Assembly: GCA_963806275.1 (NCBI GenBank)
Contig: CAWDXH010000003.1
Coordinates: 81,703-145,702 of the forward strand
Reading direction: 5' to 3'
DNA: 64,000 nucleotides
Source: an uncultured Bacteroidota bacterium
GTDB taxonomy: Bacteria > Bacteroidota > Bacteroidia > Chitinophagales > Chitinophagaceae
The notes below the pieces were generated by a model, which was given only the letters and a program-made list of their open reading frames with translations, ran no database searches and had not been told where the DNA came from. Positions 1 to 10,351 of this stretch are shown one piece after another. Numbering within the stretch: the stretch's first letter is position 1; each line of letters opens with the position of its first letter. The translations under genes were made by a program, and so were the position numbers.

Positions 1-457
1 AGTGCAAAGAAGAAATTTAACCGGCGCCCCCTTACCTGGCTACAAAGGTGCAGGCATTTCCTTAGGCACCTGGGCATCAACAGCTGTAGTTAATAAAAAA
101 GATCCCCTAAAAAACAGGGAAGCTATCCGGATCCTTACCATCGAGTTTCCTGGCAGTAAACGCCCATCTGATCATAAACCCGCTCTTCAATACTTTTACC
201 AGCTCCAGGTAAGGAGTTATGCTAAGGCTGTAAAGAATATTTTCCTTGGTAATTATTTTTCAGAAGAAGAGAATCCACAGATAGTAGGTAATGGTATCCA
301 CGATTTGCTGGCGCAAAACGGTCTTTAAATATCTCCCTTTTTTTCGACCATTCGTTCTTAAAAATTAACGGGCTCCCTTCCGTAACAGAATTATTATATA
401 CAGGCTCAGCTAACTGATCTATTCCTGGTCAAAATTTAGAATCAGTAAAACAAATAA

Positions 458-467
458 CAATTCATCC
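458..467 (+). promoter_or_regulatory. Putative LytTR-type binding box CAATTCATCC upstream of the DUF1772 operon
   Basis: Exact 10-mer also present at 4863-4872(-), 4959-4968(+), 9074-9083(-) and 10393-10402(-), always intergenic and oriented with the downstream gene. Confidence 0.55.
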
Positions 468-554
468 GCAAATTGATTCAATCCAAACAACTCACCATTG
501 TTGTGCCTGCTTGCCGGATATATTTTGCAGGCCTAACTAACAGGAAGTTGAATC

Positions 555-1022
555 ATGGCAATCAAAATCACTTTATTTATTACGGTACTGATGTATGCAA
601 TGGTCATCAGCCAGAGTTTTTTTTATATGATGGCGATGACGGGAACACTGAAAAAAATGCAGGCCGCCACTTATATTGAAACCAGGAACCTGCTGACAAA
701 AAAGCTGGAAACCCCATTGCAAATTATTTACTATTCTGCACTGGCTTCCTCTTTATTACTGACGGCCTTTTCTGTTGTCAATCCTTCGGGACTTTTGTTT
801 AAGGCATCTTTTATTTCCCTGATCATCCTGGTAGCCGATGCCTTACTGGCTGTGAAAGGAAATATTCCACTAAATAAGTTCATCAACAAGTGGACCCCTA
901 CTGCTTACCCTGAAAACTGGAAAGAATACCGTAGGCGTTGGTTTACTCTTTATCATATACGGCAAGTGATAAACATCACCGGCTTTATCATCCTGCTGAT
1001 GGGTTTCATATTCGGTATTTAA
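555..1022 (+). CDS. DUF1772 (anthrone oxygenase-like) family membrane protein
   Basis: 155 aa, about four hydrophobic helices; C-terminal GNIPLN...W...P.NW...R.RW...H.IR pattern typical of DUF1772. Confidence 0.75.
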   Translation: MAIKITLFITVLMYAMVISQSFFYMMAMTGTLKKMQAATYIETRNLLTKKLETPLQIIYYSALASSLLLTAFSVVNPSGLLFKASFISLIILVADALLAVKGNIPLNKFINKWTPTAYPENWKEYRRRWFTLYHIRQVINITGFIILLMGFIFGI

Positions 1023-1054
1023 TTAAACCTTATCAATTTTAAAAAATAATCAAA

Positions 1055-1645
1055 ATGAAAAAAACAATTCTTGTTCTCAGTGTATTCAGCAGTGCAGTTG
1101 CCTTTTCACTTATAGCCTGCACAAGCGGAGCGTCAAAACCAGATACGCAATCCGTAGTCATCAGCAAGGACAGCCTGATCAAAAGAGGCAGCTACCTGGT
1201 AAACGCTATTGGGTGTGATGATTGCCATACCCCAAAAATAATGACAGCTAACGGCCCGGAGATCGATATGGAACACCGGTTTAGCGGTCACATTGCCGGC
1301 AGGCAGGAGAGTAAGGTTAACCCCGGCGTAGTAAATGACGGGTGGGTTTTATTTGATATGAACTTTACATCGGCCGTTGGCCCATGGGGACAATCCTATG
1401 CTGCAAACATTTCTTCAGATGCTACGGGTATCGGCAGCTGGACTGAGGAACAATTTATGAGAGCCATACGGGAAGGAAAATCAAAAGGATTAAAAGAGGC
1501 TCGTCCATTATTGCCTCCCATGCCCTGGTTTGTGTATAAAAATTTGAATGACACCGACCTGAAGGCAATCTTCGCTTTCCTGAAAACAACCAAGCCGGTA
1601 GAGAACCGTGTACCCGGTCCCAAAACATTTGCAGAATTACAATAA
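1055..1645 (+). CDS. c-type cytochrome lipoprotein (cytochrome c-553-like)
   Basis: Lipobox LIAC; RGSYLV...GCDDCHTPK heme motif; GPWGQSYAANIS, TGIGSW, LLPPMPW and DLKAIFAFL motifs. Confidence 0.85.
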   Translation: MKKTILVLSVFSSAVAFSLIACTSGASKPDTQSVVISKDSLIKRGSYLVNAIGCDDCHTPKIMTANGPEIDMEHRFSGHIAGRQESKVNPGVVNDGWVLFDMNFTSAVGPWGQSYAANISSDATGIGSWTEEQFMRAIREGKSKGLKEARPLLPPMPWFVYKNLNDTDLKAIFAFLKTTKPVENRVPGPKTFAELQ

Positions 1646-1659
1646 CCATTAACCTTATA

Positions 1660-1785
1660 ATGAAAAAGAAAATTCAGGTCATTGCCTTCCTGCTGGGTTG
1701 CGCCCTGGTGATCAGTTTCGCTATACAAGCGGGCCGCCATCATGAAAATTGCAGGGAATGCCGGGCAGCAGTAAGGATGAAATAA
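1660..1785 (+). CDS. Small 41-aa membrane or secreted peptide with HHENCRECR (CxxC) motif; not in the ORF track
   Basis: ATG at 1660, 14 nt after the cytochrome stop; reads MKKKIQVIAFLLGCALVISFAIQAGRHHENCRECRAAVRMK*; followed by a terminator. Confidence 0.55.
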   Translation: MKKKIQVIAFLLGCALVISFAIQAGRHHENCRECRAAVRMK

Positions 1786-1800
1786 TTACTGGCCTTTTGT

Positions 1801-1836
1801 AAAACCTGCGGAAGAAATTCTGCAGGTTTTTTTTTA
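1801..1836. terminator. Intrinsic, probably bidirectional terminator
   Basis: aaaacctgcgga-agaaat-tctgcaggtttt hairpin with a long T tract, between convergent genes. Confidence 0.8.
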
Positions 1837-1847
1837 TTAATCAACGA

Positions 1848-2513
1848 TCATTGCCCGCCAGGGTATAGTTCTATCTCAGAAAGTTTCCCGTTTAATTCAA
1901 TATTTACTTTTGTCCAATATTTCTTTGATGCTCTATTTGTGGGATACCAGTTCCTGTTTTCATTGACCACAATAAAAAGCCCGTGGTCGTCACCAATGGC
2001 CACAAAATCATCGGAGGGTGCCTGCCTTGTAAAAAAATGCAAATCGTGGTCTTTAAATAACTGCAAACTATATGTCATAGCATCATCCACCACCAAACCT
2101 ATTTCGCTAATAGAAAAAATAGAAGTGCCGTCAAATTTTTTTTCTCCTTTTTCAGGCAGATCAAAACGGGCTATTAACTCAACAATATTTTTATTGTTAT
2201 CATAAAAATAAAAGGCTTTAGCGTTCCAGCTTTTGAAGTCGGCAACAGGATTACCCAGGCTAACGGGTACCAGGTCCAATTTACCGGAAGCCCATTGTAA
2301 GGCCTCATTAAATTGATTGGCAGGAATAGTAAAGGCGAAATGATAAAAAGGTTTTTGACCGGCAACATTTATAAAATGCAGTAATGTGCGTCCTGCCGAA
2401 ATTGTTACCCGGGTTTCAGAAGAGTCAAGTATTTCCATTCCTAAAACATCCTGGTAAAAGTTTTGGGTTTGGCGAATATCTGCTGACCATAATTGTAATT
2501 CGGAAATATTCAT
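1848..2513 (-). CDS. VOC / glyoxalase-bleomycin resistance family protein
   Basis: Probable start MNISELQL at 2513; FYQDVLG, YHFAFTIP.N, AFYFYD..KNIVELIAR and SISEIGLV motifs. Confidence 0.8.
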   Translation of the reverse strand: MNISELQLWSADIRQTQNFYQDVLGMEILDSSETRVTISAGRTLLHFINVAGQKPFYHFAFTIPANQFNEALQWASGKLDLVPVSLGNPVADFKSWNAKAFYFYDNNKNIVELIARFDLPEKGEKKFDGTSIFSISEIGLVVDDAMTYSLQLFKDHDLHFFTRQAPSDDFVAIGDDHGLFIVVNENRNWYPTNRASKKYWTKVNIELNGKLSEIELYPGGQ

Positions 2514-2951
2514 TCCTTCCTTTTCTTTGGTCAAAGACAAAAGGTATTTCACTTTTTGTAATTCCTGCAATTAAATTATAACCATTGATCAGCAAACTCC
2601 CGGTTTTTTCTAAAATAAATTGAGGTATTGTTCTTCTGCTCCTTTCATAATGGGTTTTTATCCTGCTCCTCTCCTGCCATCTTCCAAAAGGTTCGGCATA
2701 TAAACTTTTCCGTTTTATCAAAGTTTTTTGACAATTCCATTATAAGCATCTATCTTTTTTTTGAACTGATGCCGGTTAAAATCAAGCCAGCAGCTATTGG
2801 ATTGATGAAAACCTTTGTCCAATTTTGAAATCCCTGCTGCTTTTTAAAATTAATTATCGCGATGTCTCATGTTTGAAATTATACTTCCTCTGTGATGCCA
2901 AACAATTCAATTACAAACTTCGGTTAATAGGGCATCAATATTCGCTGCAAT

Positions 2952-3007
2952 AAAAAAGTGATGGCTTATCCAGGGATGCCACTGCCGCACCCGCTGAAGG
3001 CCATCAC
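2952..3007 (-). terminator. Probable terminator of the DUF5602-hemerythrin transcript
   Basis: Stem gtgatggc...gccatcac followed by a U6 tract on the minus strand; the loop is large. Confidence 0.4.
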
Positions 3008-3035
3008 GAAACCTACCATTGCTAAACCAGCTTCT

Positions 3036-3146
3036 TTATAATACAGAGCCTAAACGGCTGAATAAAATCTTTTTCCCTTGTCTGTGTAAAAGATATATAC
3101 TTATTACCAGGCTAGCGATTTCGATAAAATGATGTATTCTTTTCAT
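3036..3146 (-). CDS. Possible 36-aa small hydrophobic protein
   Basis: MKRIHHFIEIASLVISIYLLHRQGKKILFSRLGSVL*, with an A-rich leader, 58 nt after the hemerythrin stop. Confidence 0.3.
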   Translation of the reverse strand: MKRIHHFIEIASLVISIYLLHRQGKKILFSRLGSVL

Positions 3147-3204
3147 TGGTTTTATTTTTATTTTTTTTCATTTGTATACGGGTCACACAATTCCACTTCA
3201 AGCA

Positions 3205-3885
3205 TCAGGCAACCATGGTTCCTTCGGTCAGGTTTTCCAGTACTTTACGAAAGCGATCGTTCGGTAATTCTTTTTCGGCCAGGCTGAATAGTTGGGAGAA
3301 TACGGGCTGGGGTGCATTTTTTTCTACGGCTTTCAACCAGGTGCTGATCTCCGTAATGCTAAGGCCACGCATCATCCAGGCACTGGCAAGCGCCATCTCG
3401 CCGGGGGATATCGATTCAACGATCTTTTTATTCAATGCCTTTATTTCTTCATCTTTATAATATCTCCACAATATTTTGTTCAGCACGGTTTCTTCTTTGG
3501 CCATATGCTCCAGGTTGAATATCATGAAATCAATAAAGGAGTTAAGAATGGCCCGCCCGGTTTCTATTTTAACTTCTATTTTAACTGCATGCCTGTAAAC
3601 CACCAGCAAGCCTCTCAGCTTTTCGGTCAATGCATGGTCTTCTTCATGCTCCTGCTCAAAAGCATCCACCAGGGAAGGCTCGTAATTCCGTATGGGGGGA
3701 AGAATAAAATCATCCTCATGTGTTGCATGAGAATCGAACATGTCCACCACCTGTTTTACTTTTTCCAAAGCCGTTTCTGCTTCTTCCAAATCACCAAAAT
3801 TAGTTTGCTGCAGCACCAGGGATGTATCGTACAACATTGCTCTCAGTGCTTTGTGTATCTGGTTAAAAATATTAAACCGTGTCAT
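3205..3885 (-). CDS. Hemerythrin (HHE) domain-containing protein
   Basis: IHKALR, HATHEDDFI.P, EQEHEEDH and LEHMAKEE motifs give the H / HxxxE di-iron ligand pattern. Confidence 0.85.
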   Translation of the reverse strand: MTRFNIFNQIHKALRAMLYDTSLVLQQTNFGDLEEAETALEKVKQVVDMFDSHATHEDDFILPPIRNYEPSLVDAFEQEHEEDHALTEKLRGLLVVYRHAVKIEVKIETGRAILNSFIDFMIFNLEHMAKEETVLNKILWRYYKDEEIKALNKKIVESISPGEMALASAWMMRGLSITEISTWLKAVEKNAPQPVFSQLFSLAEKELPNDRFRKVLENLTEGTMVA

Positions 3886-4008
3886 AAAGCTTGGTTTTAA
3901 TGATTGCCTTACGGGGCAACCGGGTGAAATATATTTTTGAAAAAAAGGTTTAATGGCCGATGGTCTCTGAAGCAGGCAGGATGATTACCCTGCTAAGGCA
4001 TTTAATTT

Positions 4009-4785
4009 TCAGGAAGCCTGCCTGTATTCAAATCCTTCCAGAATAATATTGGTAACTCCATTTACTTTTTCTATTCTCATTTTGGTAGGATAGTAACCGG
4101 CTTGCTTGAATTTTGCAGGGACAGGAAAATTTCTCTGGTAAGATGGGTTGGCATCAATAAAAGTTTTGGTGATCATAGGTTCATAAAACGTATTCTTGCC
4201 ATCATAGGAGCCATATAAAAATGTTTGGGTAAATACACCCCCATTTATTTCAGGAGTAGTGGCGTCTATCCAATGCTTTCCCATTTGAGGCACCCCGGCT
4301 GGAACGGGAACATATATTTCGGGCAGGTAACCTTGTGCAGGAAAATTTTCAAAACCAGTGCTGTTCACTTCAAAAGGTGGAATCAATTTTCTTTCGGCTT
4401 CTGTTGTCATATAGAAATGAAAATCAAAATGAGGTAATGTGTAAACACCTTCCGGCTCATGCCCATTGGGATTCCAGTCAAGCAAAGCATGTTTAAAAGG
4501 AGTAACTCCTGCTTTAGGATGAAAGGCCATGGAAAGACCGTTTTCATGATTATGTCCTCCGTTATGTTCACCACCGGGATCCAGGCTGTTCATTGCTTCC
4601 TGGTCAATGGCAATTGCTATACGCTCCGGTTTCTGATTTTGATCCAGTTGTACCCAGGTCCAGGCTTTACCATGCTGAAATTTTTGAACGGGGCCCTTAT
4701 AAATTCCTCCACCGTTTTCATGATCTTTTTTGCAAGAGCTTAAAATAATTGCAGCGGCTACGGCTACGGTAAAAAAATTTTTCAT
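4009..4785 (-). CDS. DUF5602 (TTHB210-like) His-rich lipoprotein
   Basis: Probable start MKNFF at 4785, lipobox LSSC; DWNPNGHEP.GVY..PHFDFHFY, VPQMGKHW and FYEPMIT motifs. Confidence 0.75.
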   Translation of the reverse strand: MKNFFTVAVAAAIILSSCKKDHENGGGIYKGPVQKFQHGKAWTWVQLDQNQKPERIAIAIDQEAMNSLDPGGEHNGGHNHENGLSMAFHPKAGVTPFKHALLDWNPNGHEPEGVYTLPHFDFHFYMTTEAERKLIPPFEVNSTGFENFPAQGYLPEIYVPVPAGVPQMGKHWIDATTPEINGGVFTQTFLYGSYDGKNTFYEPMITKTFIDANPSYQRNFPVPAKFKQAGYYPTKMRIEKVNGVTNIILEGFEYRQAS

Positions 4786-4861
4786 TTTTTTAAAAAGTTT
4801 AATGATTAATGATTTGATGCAGTAAAGATGCTCTTTCAAACAGGGTGGGTCAATCCGATTT

Positions 4862-4969
4862 GGGATGAATTGAATTATAAACCGAATGAAACATCATGAA
4901 CAGTCTGGAGTGCAAAACAATTCATAATGGCTTTTTCACATTTCATCTTTTATGGATTCAATTCATCCC
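4862..4969. promoter_or_regulatory. Divergent promoter region with LytTR-type repeat boxes on both strands
   Basis: Plus-strand boxes at 4918, 4939 and 4959 (20-21 bp period) and minus-strand boxes at 4863 and 4884; perfect 14-bp inverted repeat gggatgaattgaat / attcaattcatccc. Confidence 0.65.
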
Positions 4970-5028
4970 CGCGTTTTCTCAATTTGCATCATCATTAGTT
5001 ATATTTGGTATCAGCTGAAAATTGAAAT

Positions 5029-8000
5029 GTGAAAAAACTGGCGTTGCATATTTTTTGTTTTCTTTTACTGGTTGATACTGCAACCGGCCAGGGTTCCCGT
5101 CAATATTCCTTTACGCATTACAGCGTTCCGTCCGGACTGGCTTCCAATGAAACCACGGCCGCTTTGCAGGACGAACAGGGTTTTATCTGGATAGGAACCA
5201 ACAACGGCTTACAGCGTTTCGACGGACAGAGGTACCTGGGTTTCCGGCATAAAAAAAATGATCCGTCATCCATACCTCATAATTTTATCACCCAGCTTTT
5301 ATTTGATAAGAAAAAAAATCTATGGGTTTTGACAGCTGATGGTAAGCTGGGCATCTTTGATACAAAAAATATGATATGGCAGCAGGTTTCTGTGAAAGTA
5401 AAAAATGAAAAAACACTTACCAGCGAAAAAAAACTGATTGAAGACGAACAGGGAAATCTTTTTTTACTTTTCCATCATCTTGAATTGATAACCTGGAATG
5501 AAAAGCAAAGAGAATTTGCGGCTGAGCACAATTTTATTCCCGTTCCTTCAGGTTGGAAATTGAGTGATATAGCTCAACAACCGGGCACCAGGAAATATTG
5601 GGTGGGAAGAAGTAATGGCATTGCCGTTTTTAATATGCAAACCGGCAAGTGGAGTTACTCAGGTCATAATATTGAAAAAATTCCTTTAATTGAAAAGTGG
5701 GGCAGCATTCCTTCGCTCAATTATTTTCTATTTGATAAAACAGGACGTTTATGGTTTGATGCATGGCTTGATGGTGCCACAGTATTTGCCTATGACCTGA
5801 ATAAAAATGAGCCTGTTCTGGATCATTATGATTTTGTTTCAATCATTGATGGCTATTATGAAACCAAGGGATTTTTTGAACAAAGCGATAGTACGGTTTG
5901 GGTAAAAGGATTGAATATTTTCGCCCGGTACCAGGAAAAAGAAAAAAAATTCGTTCCCGTGTACAATGGATATATAGGCGAACTGAGTATAGATTACGAC
6001 CGGATCAACTATCTTTTTGAAGACAGGGATCGCAATATATGGGTAGCCTCTAATAATAATGGTCTCTATAGTTTTAATACTTCCGAACAATTTTTTAGTA
6101 ATATCCGGCACATCAACAGGAATACCAATCTGCCCGGTAAAGGCTCTATGATGTCTTTTATTCTAACCCGGCAAAGAACATTGCTCGCCGGCGCCTGGGG
6201 AGATGGCCTGTACCGGTATGATAGTAACTACAGGATGCTTCCGCTCAACATAAAAGGTATTAATGAAAAATCCTCCCCCTCTATTTGGGGTATGTGTTTA
6301 TCTGCTGACAGCAGCACCATATGGATGGGCTCCCAACCGGGTGTATATGCATTGAACCAGGCCACGCAATCCGCCAGCTTTTACAACCCTGCTATCATGC
6401 AAAACAGAACGGTAAGGCAGGTGGCATCTGATAAATATGGAAACCTGTGGATAGGAACGCAAGGCCTGGGTGTTTTTAAGTGGACAGCAAGCAAGGGGCA
6501 GCAAACATTTGAGGAAGGTGTATCCACCTATTCTGCCATACCTCAATGCCTGGTAACAAAAATATTTATTTGTAATAATGGATTTGTTTGGGTTGGTACT
6601 TCCGACCAGGGATTATATGTAATAGATCCTGCAACGGATCGCATTATTTTTCATTTTGGAACAAGGGAACCAGTTGAAAGGAAATTACCGGTTGATGCAA
6701 TTACATCAGTAATGCAATACGATGATACGACCATCGTGATTGCGACCAGTGGTCTCCATTTTTTTAATTCAACAAAAAAGCAAATCAATAAAACCATCAG
6801 CCTCCCGGAATCCACTACAGGGAATATATCCTCCATGGAAAAGGATAAGAATGGTTATATATGGTTATCGCTGACCAATGGAATTTACCGGGTTCAACTC
6901 CGCAATCAAATATTTGTCCATTTTTCCAGAGTCGATGGTATTATCAATGATCATTTTACAATTGCGGCTTCCTTAAGGTTACCAAGCGGCAGAATTGTAT
7001 TTGGTGCCGACAACCAGTTTGTCATTTTTGATCCATTGAAAGTGACGATCAATGATCCTGCACCGGATGTAGTGATTACAGGGTTTAAATTGATGAATCA
7101 ATCCTTACTGGTAGATTCATTGTTAAAAAAAGATCGAATCGAACTCAAGCCGGAAAGCAATTCCATGGTTATTGAATTTTCGGGTCTGGGTTATGGCCGG
7201 GCGTTTATTCTCAAATACATGCTGGAAGGATTGGATAAGGACTGGATAGTTGCCGACAGCAGCAACCAGGCTGTTTATTCCTACCTGCCACCGGGCAATT
7301 ATACATTTTTTAGTAAAAAGTGAAGATGCGGAAGGTAATCCTTCCAAAAAATTAACCAGCCTGACTATTAAAGTAAAACCTCCATTTTGGAAAACCTGGT
7401 GGTTTCTGGGACTTACCGCTTTTGCCGCGGTTGGAATATTTTACTGGCTGGATAAACAACGTACCCAAAAGATAAGGGCTACAGAAAGCATTCGTACCCG
7501 GATAGCAACCAGCCTGACCGAAGACATGAGCAACTCCCTGAGCAGTATCAATATTTCCAGTGAGCTGGCCAAAAACAAAATAGATACCGATACGGAACGA
7601 ACCAAAGAATATATCGCGCAGATAAGTGATGCAAGCAACCGTATGGTACAATCTATGTATGATATGGTATGGAGCATCAACCCGGGCAATGACAACCTGC
7701 CGGATACAATAGCACGAATGAAGGAATTTGCGGTGGATGTAGAAAATTCACATGATGTAAGCCTGATTTTCGATATTGATAAAGAGGTGGTGAAAAGAAA
7801 ATTAGATATGGAGTACCGGTATGAATTGTTTTCCATTTTTAAGGAAGCCGTAACCAATGCGGCCCGACATGCCAATGCCCGTCACATACAAGTAAGCCTG
7901 CGCTTTAAAAGTCCCAAACTGATCATGATGGTAGAAGACGATGGAAAAGGATTTGAAGACCTGCAGTGCGGTTTACTAGGAAGGGGTATTAGTGATATGA

Positions 8001-8089
8001 GACGAAGAGCCGGTGCGATAGAAGCATCTTTTTATATTGAATCGAACGAAAACACTGGCAGTATTGTAAAATTGGAAATGAATATATAA
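5029..8089 (+). CDS. Membrane sensor histidine kinase-like protein (Reg_prop beta-propellers, Y_Y_Y, TM, HisKA_3-like, HATPase) with degenerate H-box; frameshift near 7310
   Basis: QDEQGFIWIGTNNGLQRFDG propeller repeats; YMLEGLDKDW...YSYLPPGNYTF Y_Y_Y domain; PPFWKTWWF TM segment; KEAVTNAARHA and EDDGKGF ATPase boxes; ORFs 5029-7323 and 7250-8089 join. Confidence 0.85.
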
Positions 8090-8207
8090 ATAAGCGGTTG
8101 GTAACCTGTTCGGATGAAACTTTTTTAGGTTCCGGATATGAAAATCATTTCCAAAAAACCACTTTAAACTATTTTCAACCATATTAAACTTTAAAACTTT
8201 TTACTGT

Positions 8208-8988
8208 TTATTTTCCCATCCATTTTTTAAAATCTGCCAACTTTTTCACGACTGACTATAGATTCTTTATCTACAGCAGGTTTCAGGTGAAGTAACAGAC
8301 GGTTGCCAAAATAATCGTGTATCTGGTCAATGCTGGCGATGGATACATAGAAGGAACGGCTGATACGGAAATATTTATCAGGATCCAGCATTTCTTCCAA
8401 CTCATCCATGGTATAATCCACCACAAATTTTTTGTTGTCAAGGGTCTTAAAAAAATTCAGTCTGCCGTCACTGTAGAAATAAGCGATCTCTTCTACGTCT
8501 ACGCTCACCAGTTTCTGTGCATGCTTTACCAGGAAACGTTTCCGAAATTCTTTTGGCTGTAATTTTTGTTGCAGTTCCTTCACCAGGTTGTCAACATTCA
8601 ATGGATCGGCTGCACCATTTTTGCCATACATGGTCTGCATGGTCTTTAATTTATTCAATGCCGCCTGCAGATCTTCCTTCTGAACGGGCTTCAGCAGGTA
8701 ATCAACACTGTTTACCTTAAATGCTTTCAGTGCATATTCATCATACGAGGTAGTGAAGATCACGGTGCTTTTTACTTCCACTTTGTCAAATATTTCAAAA
8801 CTCTGGCCATCGGCCAGTTCAATATCCATCAGGATCAGGTCTGGTGCGGGGTTTTGCTCAAGCCAGTTTACAGATGACCGGATACTATCCGCCACTCCTA
8901 CTACTTCTGCGGTTGCATCTACACTTTCAAGGGTTTTGCGGAGTTTTTTTACAGCCAGTTCTTCATCTTCTATGATTAAAACTTTCAT
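8208..8988 (-). CDS. LytTR family DNA-binding response regulator
   Basis: Start MKVLIIEDE at 8988; DLILMDIELADG, IFTTSYDEYALKAF and DYLLKP; LytTR domain RFLVK...IAYFYS...LDPDKYFRISRS; a 1-nt indel near 8238 hides the end VADFKKWMGK*. Confidence 0.92.
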
Positions 8989-9073
8989 AACTCTTGTTTT
9001 TGGTGTGTTGAAGCAAGATAACCATTTCACAAATACAAAATAATACCTGCATCCATCATTTGTCATTACTGAT

Positions 9074-9122
9074 GGATGAATTGTAATCTTAAGTATAAAC
9101 GGGGAATTAAATAATTGAATTG
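9074..9122 (-). promoter_or_regulatory. LytTR-type boxes upstream of the response regulator
   Basis: CAATTCATCC (minus) at 9074-9083, with weaker copies near 9093 and 9113. Confidence 0.5.
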
Positions 9123-9231
9123 AACTTTCAGGATTATTTTTCATTCCTTTTTTTTGCCCGATTACCCGGAATGAGCGACCAGGCATTATGACGCTTCAAT
9201 TCGTAAAAAAAGAAGCCAGAGAGATAAACCT

Positions 9232-10303
9232 TCAATTACAGTTCGTGTTCGGCTTTATCAACGGCACTACAACGGCAAACTCTTTCCCATCATCCCTTAC
9301 ACTGATCTCCTCTTTTTTCATCAGCCTGTATTTTTTTACAATATTGGTGAGCCCAACCTTATTGGAAGATACATGCCGGTCCTTGCGTTGCAGGTTATTT
9401 GTTACTACCAGTTTCCCGCTGTTGGTGGTCATTATCAGTATATGAAGCGGGTTGTCTTTGAGAATCATATTATGCTTTACTGCATTTTCCACCAGCATTT
9501 GCAGTGTCAAAGGAGGTATCTGGTAACAACAAAATTTTTCATCTATCCGGGTTTCCATTTCCAGGCCATCGCCATACCTGGTTTTTAATAGATGAAAATA
9601 AGATTGTATGAACTGCATTTCCGATTCAAGTGTAGTCAGGCCTTCTTCATTGGTGCGAAGTAAGTAGCGATACACTTTGCTCATTTCATCTAGAAACTTT
9701 TCCGCTTTTTCAGGGTCATCGCTGATAAGAGAGGAAAGAGAATTCAAACTATTGAACAGGAAATGCGGATTTACCTGTCCTTTCAATCCTTCGAGTTGAC
9801 TTTGCAGGTTTTCCCGTTTTCAGCTGGTCTGCTTCATCAACCAGACTCCTCCATTTTTCAAAAAAGGCCGCTCCCTCATTAAAACTGGTGGCCAGCAGGT
9901 TACAGACGCCTCCTACTAAAACAACCCAGGGATAATTTTCAATTTTAACCGGCATTCCTTCCATGCCTATATAGTCGTAGCCAAAAAACAGCACCGTTAT
10001 GGCGCTTATCATGATAAGTACAAACAAGAGCAGTTCAATGCCAATTCTTTTGAAGGTCTGGCTATATTTTGGATACCTGTTGAGCAGGATAGAAGCTACC
10101 ATACTGCATAATGTATACACCAATGCAATAGTAAGAATACTGACAAGGGTAGGTATGATGAAATTCCGGAAACTTAAAAAATAGGCCTTGCCAAAAATAA
10201 AATAGTTGATGACAATAGCAACAGGTGGAAGGATCAGAATGCCAATCAGCTTTTCCTTGCTGTGAAAATTGTATGCTTTCATATTGTAAACTAATCCGCT
10301 CAT
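9232..10303 (-). CDS. LytS/YehU-type sensor histidine kinase (His_kinase family); frameshift near 9815
   Basis: N-terminal multi-TM region (ORF 9749-10303) joined to LKGQVNPHFLFNSLNSL, YRYLL and LQMLVENAVKHN (ORF 9232-9786). Confidence 0.9.
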
Positions 10304-10351
10304 GACCTTAATCTAAATTATAGTATTGGCAGCCACGTAACGAACGGCAAA

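Noticed and set aside
2-328. ORF 2-328 (+) as a real gene
   Set aside because: No recognisable motif and truncated by the window edge; minus-strand frames are also interrupted, so no call is supportable
2425-2870. Possible frameshifted small gene upstream of the VOC gene
   Set aside because: An ATG at 2870(-) closes after six codons, and I could not join the fragments into a recognisable protein
3292-3900. 202-aa plus-strand ORF and similar long antisense ORFs (e.g. 22423-23133, 7441-7875, 42975-43361)
   Set aside because: They are shadows of well-supported genes on the opposite strand and have no motifs
7300-7325. Programmed frameshift or phase variation at the T6 tract of the sensor kinase (and similar sites in ligD, katE, susC)
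   Set aside because: Indels are spread across unrelated genes, so sequencing error is the simpler explanation
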